Source of the DNA: Candidatus Dojkabacteria bacterium
GTDB taxonomy: Bacteria > Patescibacteriota > Dojkabacteria > SC72
Direction: 5' to 3'
Length of the DNA stretch: 56,274 nucleotides
Assembly (NCBI GenBank): GCA_035271645.1
Contig: DATERJ010000020.1
Location: forward strand, 1 to 56,274
The notes below the pieces were generated by a model, which did no database searches, was not told the DNA's origin, and saw nothing but the letters and a program-made list of their open reading frames with translations. Position 1 is the stretch's first letter; each line of letters starts with the position of its first letter. Below, in pieces: positions 18,093 to 27,855 of the stretch. Both the position numbers and the translations under genes were made by a program.

Positions 18093-19065
18093 TATCCTTC
18101 TAACAATCGCAATACTAATCGGTATTGTCATATATTTCGACTATACTGGAGCATTGGATGTCCAGAACACTCAAGATTCAGAGAAAGTTACATTTCAGAT
18201 AAGTGAGGGAGAGTCTGTAAATCTCATATTAAACAATCTAGTGGAAAAAGGTCTGTTGAGAAAGAGATTCATAAACTATGCAAAGGTCTATCTAAAAGCA
18301 ACAAAAACAGAAGGTAAGCTTCAGGCAGGTACATATAATATTCCTAAGAATCTAAATATGAAGGAGTTAATTGCAACGCTCCAGAATGGAAAGGAACAAG
18401 ACATATGGATAACTATCCCTGAGGGTTTAAGAAAAGATGAGATAGCCGAGATAATTACAAAGGAATTAGACAAGGTGGAGAGCACAAACTTCTCTAAAGA
18501 TGACTTTCTCAAAGCTACAACTGACCCTACTTTCATCGAGACACTAGAACTACCTGAAGAAGTAAAAGATCTGGAGGGATTCCTATTCCCTGACAAATAT
18601 GCATTAGCTCCAGACAGTACAACTAATAGTGTTATCAAAGTATTAGTAGAGAATTTTAAGAAAAGAGTTGGGACCGAATACACATATGAAGATATCGTAA
18701 TGGCAAGTATTGTTGAGAGAGAAGGATACAACGGGACAGACAGACCAATCATTGCAGGCATCTTACTAAAAAGATTAGAAGAAGGATGGTTACTACAAGC
18801 AGATGCTACACTCCTCTATCCTGTAAAAAATTGGAAACATGTGATTACAGTACAGGACAAAGCAGATGACAATCCATACAACTCATACAAAAAAACTGGT
18901 TTACCACCTACTCCAATATGTAATCCAGGAATACAAGCAATTAACGCAACTAGAACTCCAGAAGCTTCCCCCTACTACTTCTACATTCACGATAAAGATG
19001 GAAACCCACATTACTCAAAGACACTTGAAGAACATAATGCTAATGTAAATAAATATCTTAGATAA
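18064..19065 (+). CDS. mltG: Endolytic murein transglycosylase MltG (YceG-like)
   Basis: N-terminal TM helix and YceG motifs TIPEG, ASIVEREG, LQADATLLY and YNSYKKTGLPPTPICNPG. Confidence 0.9.
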   Translation: MQKRMKKIFNILLTIAILIGIVIYFDYTGALDVQNTQDSEKVTFQISEGESVNLILNNLVEKGLLRKRFINYAKVYLKATKTEGKLQAGTYNIPKNLNMKELIATLQNGKEQDIWITIPEGLRKDEIAEIITKELDKVESTNFSKDDFLKATTDPTFIETLELPEEVKDLEGFLFPDKYALAPDSTTNSVIKVLVENFKKRVGTEYTYEDIVMASIVEREGYNGTDRPIIAGILLKRLEEGWLLQADATLLYPVKNWKHVITVQDKADDNPYNSYKKTGLPPTPICNPGIQAINATRTPEASPYYFYIHDKDGNPHYSKTLEEHNANVNKYLR

Positions 19066-19084
19066 TATTAATAAATACTGACCC

Positions 19085-20530
19085 ATGGTACTAGATATAG
19101 ATTTAAATGAAGGAGAGCTTAAAAATGTTAAACCTTCCAGCTCTACAATGAAAAACTCTGTTGTTACAAAAACAAAAGAAAAGAAAAAAAGAAGTCCATT
19201 TGTGAAAGGATTAGTCTTATTCCTCCTCCTAGTATTCTTTGGCGCTGTAGGGTTTTTTCTCTGGAAAGGATCAGAAATAACAAAGGCTATTGGACTAAAC
19301 TTCAATCCAGTAGAACTGATTCAAGAGAAGAAACCTGAACTTAAAAAAGATTCCCAAGGACAACATACAAATGTCCTCATTGTTGGGGTAGATAGCAGGA
19401 CAGGCAATGATATTTCTAATACTGACACAATTATCATTGCCTCTTACAACTACGAAACAGAGAACCTTAATATGATATCTATCCCTAGAGACTTTCATGT
19501 AGAGGTAGATCCGAATACAAAATGGTACAGAAGAATTAACGCTGTATATTCAATAGCAGAAAATAATACAAAAGGAACAGGCTTCAATGCCCTACAAAAA
19601 AGCGTAGAAGATGTAACTGGTCTAGAAATACAATATTATGTTCTTGTTGACTTCAAAGCTTTTGTAGAGATAATTGATAAGGTTGGAGGAGTTAATATTA
19701 ATGTTGAAAACAGTTTTACCGATTATAGATATCCTGGACCATCAGGAAACATAACTGTGCAATTCAAAGCTGGCCCACAAGTAATGGATGGAAAGACAGC
19801 ATTGATATACTCTCGTTCTCGACATTCCCTTATGAATGGTGAAGGAAGCGATTATGCACGAGCAAAAAGACAGCAAAAGGTTGTACTTGCATTAAAGGAT
19901 AAGTTTGCTGAAGATGATACTTTTAAGGACCCACAGAAGGTTATGGGAGTAATATCTTCCTTGGTAAACAATATCAAGATCTCTGAGTTTACAATTACTG
20001 ATATTCGAGCAGGAATTAATCTACTACAAGATTTTACAGAAAACGATGGAAAGACATACTCTTTCGTATTAGACCCCTACTCTGGAGGAAGAGAATTAAT
20101 TGAAGTTAAATCTATGCCAAGTGGTGCTTTTGCAATTGGACCAAAGGCTGGCTTAGGAGAATACAAAGAAATTCATAAATATATAAAATTGATTGAGAAG
20201 TACCCAGCTCTTTATTCTGAAAAAGCCATTCTCTATGTTCACGATATTGGCTTAGGACAGAGTGGAACAACAGAGAAAATCAAAGAGCTTAGAGAAGCAT
20301 TCCCATATACCAGTATTTTCCATTCTAGAATTCTTTTCAAAGATAAAGAAGGGAACCATGTCTTTTCTAATGCTGAGAACTACCAAGGAACAATGGATAT
20401 AATTGCAAAGCATCTTAAAACAGAGAACAAGGTTAAACCAGAATTCATAACTACACAAACCAACAGAGATGGAGTTATTATTCTACTAGGCAAGCCTATT
20501 GAGTTAAGTACAGAGAAGGATGAAATATAA
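19085..20530 (+). CDS. LytR-CpsA-Psr (LCP) family cell-envelope glycopolymer transferase
   Basis: 481 aa with a TM helix. LCP motifs NVLIVGVDSR, DTIIIASYN and ISIPRD, plus a C-terminal extension. Confidence 0.8.
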   Translation: MVLDIDLNEGELKNVKPSSSTMKNSVVTKTKEKKKRSPFVKGLVLFLLLVFFGAVGFFLWKGSEITKAIGLNFNPVELIQEKKPELKKDSQGQHTNVLIVGVDSRTGNDISNTDTIIIASYNYETENLNMISIPRDFHVEVDPNTKWYRRINAVYSIAENNTKGTGFNALQKSVEDVTGLEIQYYVLVDFKAFVEIIDKVGGVNINVENSFTDYRYPGPSGNITVQFKAGPQVMDGKTALIYSRSRHSLMNGEGSDYARAKRQQKVVLALKDKFAEDDTFKDPQKVMGVISSLVNNIKISEFTITDIRAGINLLQDFTENDGKTYSFVLDPYSGGRELIEVKSMPSGAFAIGPKAGLGEYKEIHKYIKLIEKYPALYSEKAILYVHDIGLGQSGTTEKIKELREAFPYTSIFHSRILFKDKEGNHVFSNAENYQGTMDIIAKHLKTENKVKPEFITTQTNRDGVIILLGKPIELSTEKDEI

Positions 20531-21461
20531 GCTGTACCATGGTTCTTCCCACTACCTCTCTTTAGAAGCTGCACATGAGCATATAGATTCGATTAAACAG
20601 AAGAAGAAAGAGATTGAAGTTTTAACAATAAATGCGGATAGTACAGATTCACAGACAATCTTGGACACACTAACATCGCAAAATCTCTTTGTACCAGAAA
20701 GAATTCTCTTTATCAAAAGGCTGTATAAAAACAAAAAGAAAGATGAACTTGTTCCTCTAGTTATAAATATACTAGAAAACACTTCATCAAAAGATACTGT
20801 TATCCTATGGGAAGATCAAAAGGTAAAAGCAAATACTAAATATTACAAATTCTTTAAAAAGGATAACAATGAAGAAAGCTTCGAAGAATTAAACAAAAGA
20901 ACATTTTTTACATGGTTAAGAGAAGAACTTAAGAAACAGAACATGAGAATGGAAGCAATTGCAACAAAAGATATTGCAGAGAGAACAAACTATGACCCAG
21001 AAAGATGTTCCAATGAGCTAAAAAAACTAAAGTTACTTCTAGATGATAAAGAGATTAAAAGAGAAGATGTTGAGAAGTTAATTACAAACACATTAGAGAG
21101 AGATATATGGTCACTAATAGATGCCATTAACGAAGCAGATACAGAAAAGAGCACAAAGATTTTAGAAAAACTTCTTTCTCAAGCTGTTGATGTTAATTAC
21201 ATAATCGCCATGATTGCTAGAAATCTAAGATTGATAACTTTAACTAAACACCTTTTAGAAGAAGGAAAAACATCAAAAGAGATTGCATCTATTCTAAAGA
21301 TTGCACCGTGGACTGTTCAACCATTGATAAGATCCTCCAAAGATTACTCTGAAAAAAAGATTACCTACCTATACACAAAGCTCTCCAACCTAGATTTTCA
21401 AATCAAGAAAGGGTTAATAGAGCCCAAACTAGGCATCACCATACTCTCCACCATATTGTAA
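20520..21461 (+). CDS. holA: DNA polymerase III delta subunit (HolA-like)
   Basis: 313 aa. The size fits, and the region DIWSLIDAINEADTEKSTKILEKLL resembles the HolA domain III pattern. This rests on weak motif-level evidence only. Confidence 0.55.
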   Translation: MKYKLYHGSSHYLSLEAAHEHIDSIKQKKKEIEVLTINADSTDSQTILDTLTSQNLFVPERILFIKRLYKNKKKDELVPLVINILENTSSKDTVILWEDQKVKANTKYYKFFKKDNNEESFEELNKRTFFTWLREELKKQNMRMEAIATKDIAERTNYDPERCSNELKKLKLLLDDKEIKREDVEKLITNTLERDIWSLIDAINEADTEKSTKILEKLLSQAVDVNYIIAMIARNLRLITLTKHLLEEGKTSKEIASILKIAPWTVQPLIRSSKDYSEKKITYLYTKLSNLDFQIKKGLIEPKLGITILSTIL

Positions 21462-21472
21462 AAATTTTGTTA

Positions 21473-21501
21473 TTGACACTAAACACTTATTCTATTAGAC
21501 T
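21473..21501 (+). promoter_or_regulatory. Candidate promoter for 21545..23329
   Basis: TTGACA (21473-21478), a 17-nt spacer, then TAGACT (21496-21501). Confidence 0.3.
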
Positions 21502-21544
21502 TTACTAATATAGATACTGCTAATTTTTGGTGTACCTGTAATAT

Positions 21545-23329
21545 ATGGAAACAGAGGTAAAAAGAGTTACTACTACAAAAAAATCTAACAAACTGGTTAC
21601 CACACTTTTAATCATAGCAGGGATATTAGGCTTTATCCTTATCCTCGCTGCAATATACTTCTACAAAATAAAGCCAGCAACTGAGAAAAAGACTGTTGGA
21701 GACAAAATGTGTACTTGCTATTATATCGATCCAATATCAACATCTGAATGTGGAGATCCAAGAAAAGGGTTTGGTTTCTCACAAAGTGTTGTAAAAGAGA
21801 ATATTGCCTGTCCACCATGTTCTACCTCTAATATTGACACAACAAAATTAAATACGACAACAAAATTAGAAGACTTTATCGCCTGTCAACTGCAGAATGT
21901 ACAAGATACTAGATGTAAATTGATGACAATAAGGGATGAACAAGGAAAGATTGTTACTGGACAGATTTCCCCAGAAGATGAAATTACCGTGGAAGCCACT
22001 TTTGACAAGAAGTATGTCAATCCTCAATTTAGTGTAAACAACCAACTAGAGGACCCTGATACTATCTCCGAAGATGGACTTACAATCAAAAAATCATTTA
22101 CCAACTTTACAGACTCTTCCCTTGAACTGGTTGCAACTGCTGATGATGATACTGGTGATTCGGTAAACTCTCCCCTCTGTAAAAGAGTTTTAAGTGTTAC
22201 TCAACAGGCAGGTACTGTGGTAACTGCTTTACAATTTACAACAAGGTCTGATGGAAAAACAAATAAGGTAGCAAAAACTACTCTTAAAGCTTCAAACCTT
22301 AAAGAGTCAGACACTCTCAGTATTGATTTTTCATTTGACAGTACAGACTTCGCAAAGCTTTCTATGAATAAGGGATTAACTCTTGATGAAACGAAAGGGG
22401 AAATTGTGATGATAGAACAAGATCTCTACAAAGCTGAGAACTTCTCCAATGCAAAAAGTTTTTCACAATTAGATGGATTTGTAGGAACTGTGCATGTTGT
22501 CGCAGAACTAAAAGATGGAACTACTCCTCTAGGTAAAGCAGCAACAGACTTGCTCTTCAAAGAAATTACAAGCCCAAGTCCAACAACACCAAAAGAACAA
22601 GAACCAGAAAAACCACCTGAAGAAGAAACAGAGGAATCGAACTTTAGCGTAACAGGGAAAACAAGCGAGACATGCCTTGACAGAGTAGCTCCAAATAATG
22701 CTGTAACTTATACAATAAATATTACCAATAATGCTTCTACATCACAGACTATCAAATCCATCACAAATAAACTTCCTCTTGGTTTTAGATATGTGCTAGG
22801 TAGCACTAAAATCAATACTGTTTCAATAACCGATATTGATTACTTAAGAAGTACTAATATTGGACAAACAACCGAACTAGTCTGGACAACAACTAGTGGT
22901 TGGTCGATAAGTGCAGGGCAAACTCTTACCTTAGTCTTCAACGCAGAAGCAGGAGAAAACGCCCTGACAGGTCCAAACCAGAATGAGGTAGTGATAGAAC
23001 CAACACAAGTTCCTCTTGATCCCAAAACTCTCAGAGCTGAGATTGTCACCAATGTAGAGCAAACATGTAATCCTGTTGGGCAACCAACTGATGAGACCCC
23101 AGATACTGGTATCTTCGACTCTCTGTTAAGCAAAATTGTTGTAGGAATCCTAATACTTGTAGTTGGTTGGTACATATATACAAAACCATTCGGTCAAATT
23201 GTTGCAAAAAAGTTTGTTGACTCAGAAATGTACAGAGGTGCAGAGATGACCTCATGGAGAATCTTCAAACCTAAGAAATACTTTGAAGAGATTACAATAA
23301 AGAGATTGGGGAGAAAGAAAAAAGAATAG
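21545..23329 (+). CDS. Surface protein with N-terminal TM helix, Cys-rich segment, DUF11-like repeat domain and a C-terminal sorting-signal-like element
   Basis: 594 aa. VTYTINITNNASTSQTIKSITNKLPLGFRYVLGST resembles the conserved-repeat (DUF11) domain. The C-terminus has TPDTG (23096-23110), a hydrophobic helix and a long basic tail. Confidence 0.55.
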   Translation: METEVKRVTTTKKSNKLVTTLLIIAGILGFILILAAIYFYKIKPATEKKTVGDKMCTCYYIDPISTSECGDPRKGFGFSQSVVKENIACPPCSTSNIDTTKLNTTTKLEDFIACQLQNVQDTRCKLMTIRDEQGKIVTGQISPEDEITVEATFDKKYVNPQFSVNNQLEDPDTISEDGLTIKKSFTNFTDSSLELVATADDDTGDSVNSPLCKRVLSVTQQAGTVVTALQFTTRSDGKTNKVAKTTLKASNLKESDTLSIDFSFDSTDFAKLSMNKGLTLDETKGEIVMIEQDLYKAENFSNAKSFSQLDGFVGTVHVVAELKDGTTPLGKAATDLLFKEITSPSPTTPKEQEPEKPPEEETEESNFSVTGKTSETCLDRVAPNNAVTYTINITNNASTSQTIKSITNKLPLGFRYVLGSTKINTVSITDIDYLRSTNIGQTTELVWTTTSGWSISAGQTLTLVFNAEAGENALTGPNQNEVVIEPTQVPLDPKTLRAEIVTNVEQTCNPVGQPTDETPDTGIFDSLLSKIVVGILILVVGWYIYTKPFGQIVAKKFVDSEMYRGAEMTSWRIFKPKKYFEEITIKRLGRKKKE

Positions 23330-23330
23330 T

Positions 23331-23741
23331 TTACATCTCACTTATCACAAACTCCAATGGCATTCCATTATTTCCATAACCTTTTCTCTCAGAATTAATC
23401 AAGAAGTAATATTTTGATTTTGTTAAAAGTTTGTCTAAAACGACTCTATGCTTCTTAGATTTTAAGTTACCTGCAACATCAAAACCAACTCTATCCATTT
23501 CATTTCTGTCTATCCCATACTGTACAAAACCAGCACATTCAGCTGTAGTCTCCCAATCGATAGTGACAGAGAACTCATCCTCCCCTTTCTCTACAAAAAC
23601 ATTGTAAGGAGTACACTCATTTTGTGGTTCATAGAGAGAATCAAAACTTCCTACCCTATCTTTTTTCAACAATAAGAAGAGAGAAGACATTGTTAGTATA
23701 AACGCAATACAACCAACTATTATCAATATCTTTTTACTCAC
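23331..23741 (-). CDS. Small TM-anchored FN3-like protein
   Basis: 136 aa with an apparent GTG start. A TM helix is followed by FSVTIDWETTAECAGFVQYG...YYFLI, the same FN3 / purple-acid-phosphatase-N-like pattern as the proteins at 47025..48875 and 49243..52413. Confidence 0.55.
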   Translation of the reverse strand: MSKKILIIVGCIAFILTMSSLFLLLKKDRVGSFDSLYEPQNECTPYNVFVEKGEDEFSVTIDWETTAECAGFVQYGIDRNEMDRVGFDVAGNLKSKKHRVVLDKLLTKSKYYFLINSERKGYGNNGMPLEFVISEM

Positions 23742-24186
23742 TTGCCTTAGTTACTAATATATAATTGCTCTGTGATGATGAGTTTGTACCATCACTCACT
23801 CTTACAGTATATTCAAATGTTTCTCCAACCCCATACGGCACATCACCGACAATAGCCTTATCATCACGAACAAACAACCATTCAGGACTATTAACCAGCT
23901 CCACACTTAACTCGCTAGGATCACTATCTGCATCCTCTATCATTGGGTAATACTCATAGAAGCTCCCCTCCTCTGCCTCAACTGATGGAGTAGAAATGAT
24001 ATACGGTGTCCCATATGTATTTTCTACTCCTACCAAAATACTTTCCTCATTTGTCGTACCCAAAACCTGCTCTTCTTCAACATCTCCATTCTTGTTATTC
24101 AAAACAGCATACATAATACCAAAAGAAAGCATAAAAAGAACGACAAGTGAGCTAATAAATATCTTAACTTTCCTACTTCTCTGCAT
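23734..24186 (-). CDS. Small TM-anchored Ig-like (putative-Ig/cadherin-like) protein
   Basis: 150 aa. A TM helix is followed by FYEYYPMIEDADSDPSELSVELVNSPEWLFV...FEYTVRVSDG. It overlaps the downstream gene by 8 nt. Confidence 0.55.
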   Translation of the reverse strand: MQRSRKVKIFISSLVVLFMLSFGIMYAVLNNKNGDVEEEQVLGTTNEESILVGVENTYGTPYIISTPSVEAEEGSFYEYYPMIEDADSDPSELSVELVNSPEWLFVRDDKAIVGDVPYGVGETFEYTVRVSDGTNSSSQSNYILVTKASE

Positions 24187-24280
24187 ATTAAAAGTTTACC
24201 ACAAAAAACAATGTTTACAAACCTTAGTTTAACGTATATAATACCTCCATATAGTTATATTAATTACATTCAATTAAGAG

Positions 24281-24577
24281 ATGCCAAATTTAAAAACATC
24301 AATAAAAGATCTCAGGTCATCCAGAAGGAGACAAGTCGTCAATGACAGACTAAGAGGGAGAATACAAAGAGCTACAAAGAAACATAAAACTTTAGTAGAA
24401 CAAGGTAACATTGAGGAAGGGAAAAAGAACCTCAAAAATGTTTACAAAGTTTTAGATAAAGCTGCAAAGAAGAATGTTATCAAAAAAGGTAAGGCAGACA
24501 GAGTAAAGTCTAGACTTACAAAAGATTTAAACAAACTTGCCCAAGATAATGTCAAAGCTTCTAAGAAGAATACTTAA
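24281..24577 (+). CDS. rpsT: 30S ribosomal protein S20
   Basis: 98 aa and highly basic. The N-terminus MPNLKTSIKDLRSSRRRQVVN is typical of S20. Confidence 0.9.
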   Translation: MPNLKTSIKDLRSSRRRQVVNDRLRGRIQRATKKHKTLVEQGNIEEGKKNLKNVYKVLDKAAKKNVIKKGKADRVKSRLTKDLNKLAQDNVKASKKNT

Positions 24578-25100
24578 AATATCTATCGCTCCAGCAGTTG
24601 TAATGATTGCTGGTAAGTTGTTAGGTATAATAATTGCAAACATTGTATACAAGCTAGATTTTTTCATTGACAACCAAATACAGGGAATTTTCTCTATCCA
24701 GTTGTACTATACAGATAGCACGATTACACTTTTGGTTAATTCTGTTTCAAATCTCATAATGGTTCTTGCATTAGCCATCCCTACCCTCTACTTCATTGTT
24801 AAAACATCGATATACCAGTCAGCTTTTGAAAACCCACGAACCATTGTAAAGATAACAAGGTTGAATATTATGAAGTGGATCACAAAAGATGACACTTCTT
24901 TCCTCTCAATTTTCATTTGGTCATGTTTTCTTTTAATTGCATCTTTAGTTACAATTGCACAAGTAATACAGGGAACATGCTATGGATGGGTTGGAATAAT
25001 AGTGGGAGTACTTGCTTTGTTTGGCATTTGGGGAACAGTAAAGACATTTGAGGTAGAAATTGATAAGATATATCCAAGAGAGGAGAAACTATACAGATGA
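24537..25100 (+). CDS. Hypothetical integral membrane protein (about 4 TM helices)
   Basis: 187 aa with several hydrophobic helices and no recognisable motif. The 5' end overlaps rpsT, so the true start is uncertain. Confidence 0.5.
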   Translation: MPKIMSKLLRRILKISIAPAVVMIAGKLLGIIIANIVYKLDFFIDNQIQGIFSIQLYYTDSTITLLVNSVSNLIMVLALAIPTLYFIVKTSIYQSAFENPRTIVKITRLNIMKWITKDDTSFLSIFIWSCFLLIASLVTIAQVIQGTCYGWVGIIVGVLALFGIWGTVKTFEVEIDKIYPREEKLYR

Positions 25101-25651
25101 GTGAAACAAAGAAAAATTTACTTCCACAAGTGTTTGAGCCTTTGGCAATTGTTGCTATCTTGGGATTGTTTCTTATCCCAACTCTTACTGTTATCAATCT
25201 TTCCCCCATTACTCAGGAGAACAAGCAAATTAATGTCTTAGGAGCAACTAGCTCTCCACATAGTATTGATATGGAAATATTGAATGAGAATGATGAGATA
25301 TTTGTTTCAGATACTTTAAGAAAGAAGAGGGATGGTGAATATGTGTATAGTGCTGAAGTAGGTCCTAGAAAGGAAGAGAAGGAATATTCTAAACCAGCAT
25401 TTAGAATTACAAACAGAAGTAGCACCAGACAAACATTAGTGGTGGATGGTTATGCAGATAGTACAAGTCCTTCTAACTTTTCACTAAAGATTGATGGGGG
25501 TTGGTATGTATTAAGAGATGGTAGTAAAGAGATGTACAAGAGAGAGATTGTACTTGAACCTAATGCTACAAAAACAGTTTATATTTCCACATATAGTGAT
25601 AGCAATATACTTTTTAAAGAGGTATTTACTATTAGTATTTCCACCCAGTAG
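25097..25651 (+). CDS. Hypothetical TM-anchored or secreted protein
   Basis: 184 aa with an N-terminal hydrophobic helix. It has a 4-nt overlap with the upstream ORF and no recognisable motif. Confidence 0.5.
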   Translation: MSETKKNLLPQVFEPLAIVAILGLFLIPTLTVINLSPITQENKQINVLGATSSPHSIDMEILNENDEIFVSDTLRKKRDGEYVYSAEVGPRKEEKEYSKPAFRITNRSSTRQTLVVDGYADSTSPSNFSLKIDGGWYVLRDGSKEMYKREIVLEPNATKTVYISTYSDSNILFKEVFTISISTQ

Positions 25652-25711
25652 CCCTACAAACCTGTAGCTAGACAGACAAAAAGGATCAAATCACTTAGAA
25701 ATTGGCAAATA

Positions 25712-25740
25712 TTGACAAATATCATAATTTCGTTTAGTAT
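25712..25740 (+). promoter_or_regulatory. Candidate promoter of the ABC importer operon
   Basis: TTGACA (25712-25717), a 17-nt spacer, then TAGTAT (25735-25740). The -35 element sits inside the adjacent direct repeat attgGcaaat/attgAcaaat (25701-25720). Confidence 0.45.
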
Positions 25741-25767
25741 CATTAATAATTTCTTTATAGGTTTGCC

Positions 25768-26790
25768 ATGAAGAATAAAAAAACAAATTCCCGTATTCTA
25801 CTAATTGGGATCATCACCTTTACTTTAGGTGTAGTTCTTGTCTTTATGACAGGAGGAAGTCCAATAAAAACAACACAGAAGAGCGATAAATTATCCTCCG
25901 TGACTGTTTACAACTGTGGAGAAGAAATAACATTTGATGCTATTCCTCAACGAGTGCTTTCCTTTGACACTAACATGACAGAAATCATGTTAAAGCTCGG
26001 ACTTAAAGACCATATGACAGGGTACTGGATATCAGGTGTAGAAGTAGGAGAAGAATTTAAAGAAGATATAGGCGAAATACCACTCATCTCTACAATAACA
26101 TGGCCTCCTCCATCACTCGAAACAATTGTAAGTTTAGATCCTGATTTTGTTTTTGGTGCTTGGGACTATAATTTTTCAAATGAGAGTGGTGTAACCCCTG
26201 AGAAACTGAAAGAGTATGGTATTAAAAGCTATGTACTTACTGAGTCGTGCATAGCCATAGGGGTAAAGCCAAATGAAGGAATAGAAAGCACATATGATGA
26301 TATTGAGAATCTTGGTAAAATCTTCCATGTAGAAGAAAAAGCAAAAGAGGTAATAGATAGTATGAAAAGCAACATCTCAAAGATTCAAGAAGCTACAAAA
26401 GATATTTCTCCTAAGCCACGAGGCTTTTATTATGGTGGAGGAGCCGATGCTGCATTTACCGCAGGCAAATATGCAATGGTAACTAAGATGATGAATGCTG
26501 TTGGAGCAGAAAATATCTTAGGAGATACTGAAGATGACTGGATTCCTGCTGCTGGGTGGGAAACTATTATTGAAAGAGATCCTGAATTTATTATGATTGA
26601 TGATACCCCATGGGAGAGTGCATCTGATCGTATTAAAACCTTAGAATCCTTGGATAAGCTTAAGAGTATTACTGCTATTCGCAACAAGAAATATATTGTA
26701 TTCCCTTGGACATATATTTTACCTGGTGTACAAATGGACAAAGGAATAGAACATCTAGCTAGAAACTTATACCCTGAGCTATATCAGTAA
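25768..26790 (+). CDS. ABC transporter substrate-binding protein, iron-siderophore/cobalamin (FecB/BtuF, cluster A-2) type
   Basis: 340 aa with a TM anchor and no lipobox. The periplasmic-binding-protein-type body includes PQRVLSFDTNMTEIMLKLGL and PDFVFG. It is followed by a FecCD permease and an ATPase. Confidence 0.8.
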   Translation: MKNKKTNSRILLIGIITFTLGVVLVFMTGGSPIKTTQKSDKLSSVTVYNCGEEITFDAIPQRVLSFDTNMTEIMLKLGLKDHMTGYWISGVEVGEEFKEDIGEIPLISTITWPPPSLETIVSLDPDFVFGAWDYNFSNESGVTPEKLKEYGIKSYVLTESCIAIGVKPNEGIESTYDDIENLGKIFHVEEKAKEVIDSMKSNISKIQEATKDISPKPRGFYYGGGADAAFTAGKYAMVTKMMNAVGAENILGDTEDDWIPAAGWETIIERDPEFIMIDDTPWESASDRIKTLESLDKLKSITAIRNKKYIVFPWTYILPGVQMDKGIEHLARNLYPELYQ

Positions 26791-26796
26791 CTAGCA

Positions 26797-27855
26797 ATGG
26801 GATTAAGAAGGTTGGAGAACAAAAAGAAACATCATTTCTTAGTCGCTGTAACTATATTAACTAGTCTTTTAATAATATCGATTGTATTAGGTATCTGTAT
26901 AGGTTCAACTTCTATAAATATTAAAGAAATCCTCGGAATTATTTTTTACAAAATCGGGATTACAGAAAAGGGGACATGGACAACGGGTAATGAAAACATC
27001 ATTTGGCTAATCCGTACTCCAAGAGCACTCTTGGCTGCTGTCGTAGGTGCAGGACTTGCAGTATCGGGAGCATCTTTACAAGCCTTACTGAAAAATGATC
27101 TTGCTGATCCTTTTACCCTAGGAATCTCTTCGGGTGCTTCATTGGGTGCTGTTCTTTCAATTGGCTTTGGAATTTTTAATACCTTCGGAATATTTGGGAT
27201 ACAGGTCGGCGGATTCCTTGGAGCAATTTTGGCTTTCACTATAGTTTTCTACTTAAGCCGAAGACAAGGAGAAATTTCACCAACCAGTCTGATTCTAGCA
27301 GGAATTGGTACAGGGTATGTATTTTCTGGAATAACTAGTTTTATCACTCTAGTATCTAGCAAAAAAGAGTTGGCAGGACAAATCTTATCATGGACTCTAG
27401 GGAGTCTGGCAAGAGCTGATTGGCGAGACTTAACCATTCCTTCTTTAGTACTAATAGGGACAACAATCTATTTGACTCTCCAATCTCGCAACCTAAATCT
27501 TATTGCAACAAATGATGAATTTGCATCAACTTTGGGACTGGAAGTCCCTACTTTCCGTAAAAGACTCTTCATTATCATTTCTTTAACTGTTGGAGTCATA
27601 GTAGCTGTGAGTGGCTCTATCGGATTTATAGGCTTAATCATCCCTCATATTGTTCGTTTTTTTACTGGTACCAATCACAAGTACCTGTTACCTATTTCCC
27701 TCATCAGCGGAAGTATCTTCTTGGTGTGGGTAGACATCCTTGCTAGAACCGTTGTCTCCCCTGCAGAAGTACCTGCAGGAGTCATAACATCACTCCTTGG
27801 GGGAGCATTCTTTCTACTCCTATTATGGAAAAAACAAACAAAAGCACACAAATAA
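26797..27855 (+). CDS. FecCD/BtuC-family ABC permease
   Basis: 352 aa and polytopic. Contains IIWLIRTPRALLAAVVGAGLAVSGASLQALLKNDLADPFTLGISSGASLGAV, the typical FecCD signature. Confidence 0.9.
   Translation: MGLRRLENKKKHHFLVAVTILTSLLIISIVLGICIGSTSINIKEILGIIFYKIGITEKGTWTTGNENIIWLIRTPRALLAAVVGAGLAVSGASLQALLKNDLADPFTLGISSGASLGAVLSIGFGIFNTFGIFGIQVGGFLGAILAFTIVFYLSRRQGEISPTSLILAGIGTGYVFSGITSFITLVSSKKELAGQILSWTLGSLARADWRDLTIPSLVLIGTTIYLTLQSRNLNLIATNDEFASTLGLEVPTFRKRLFIIISLTVGVIVAVSGSIGFIGLIIPHIVRFFTGTNHKYLLPISLISGSIFLVWVDILARTVVSPAEVPAGVITSLLGGAFFLLLLWKKQTKAHK

Noticed and set aside
25652-25767. Cobalamin riboswitch upstream of the BtuF/FecB-like ABC operon.
   Set aside because: The intergenic region is only 116 nt and AT-rich. 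It has no B12-box-like GCCACTG and no extensive pairing. A simple promoter fits better.
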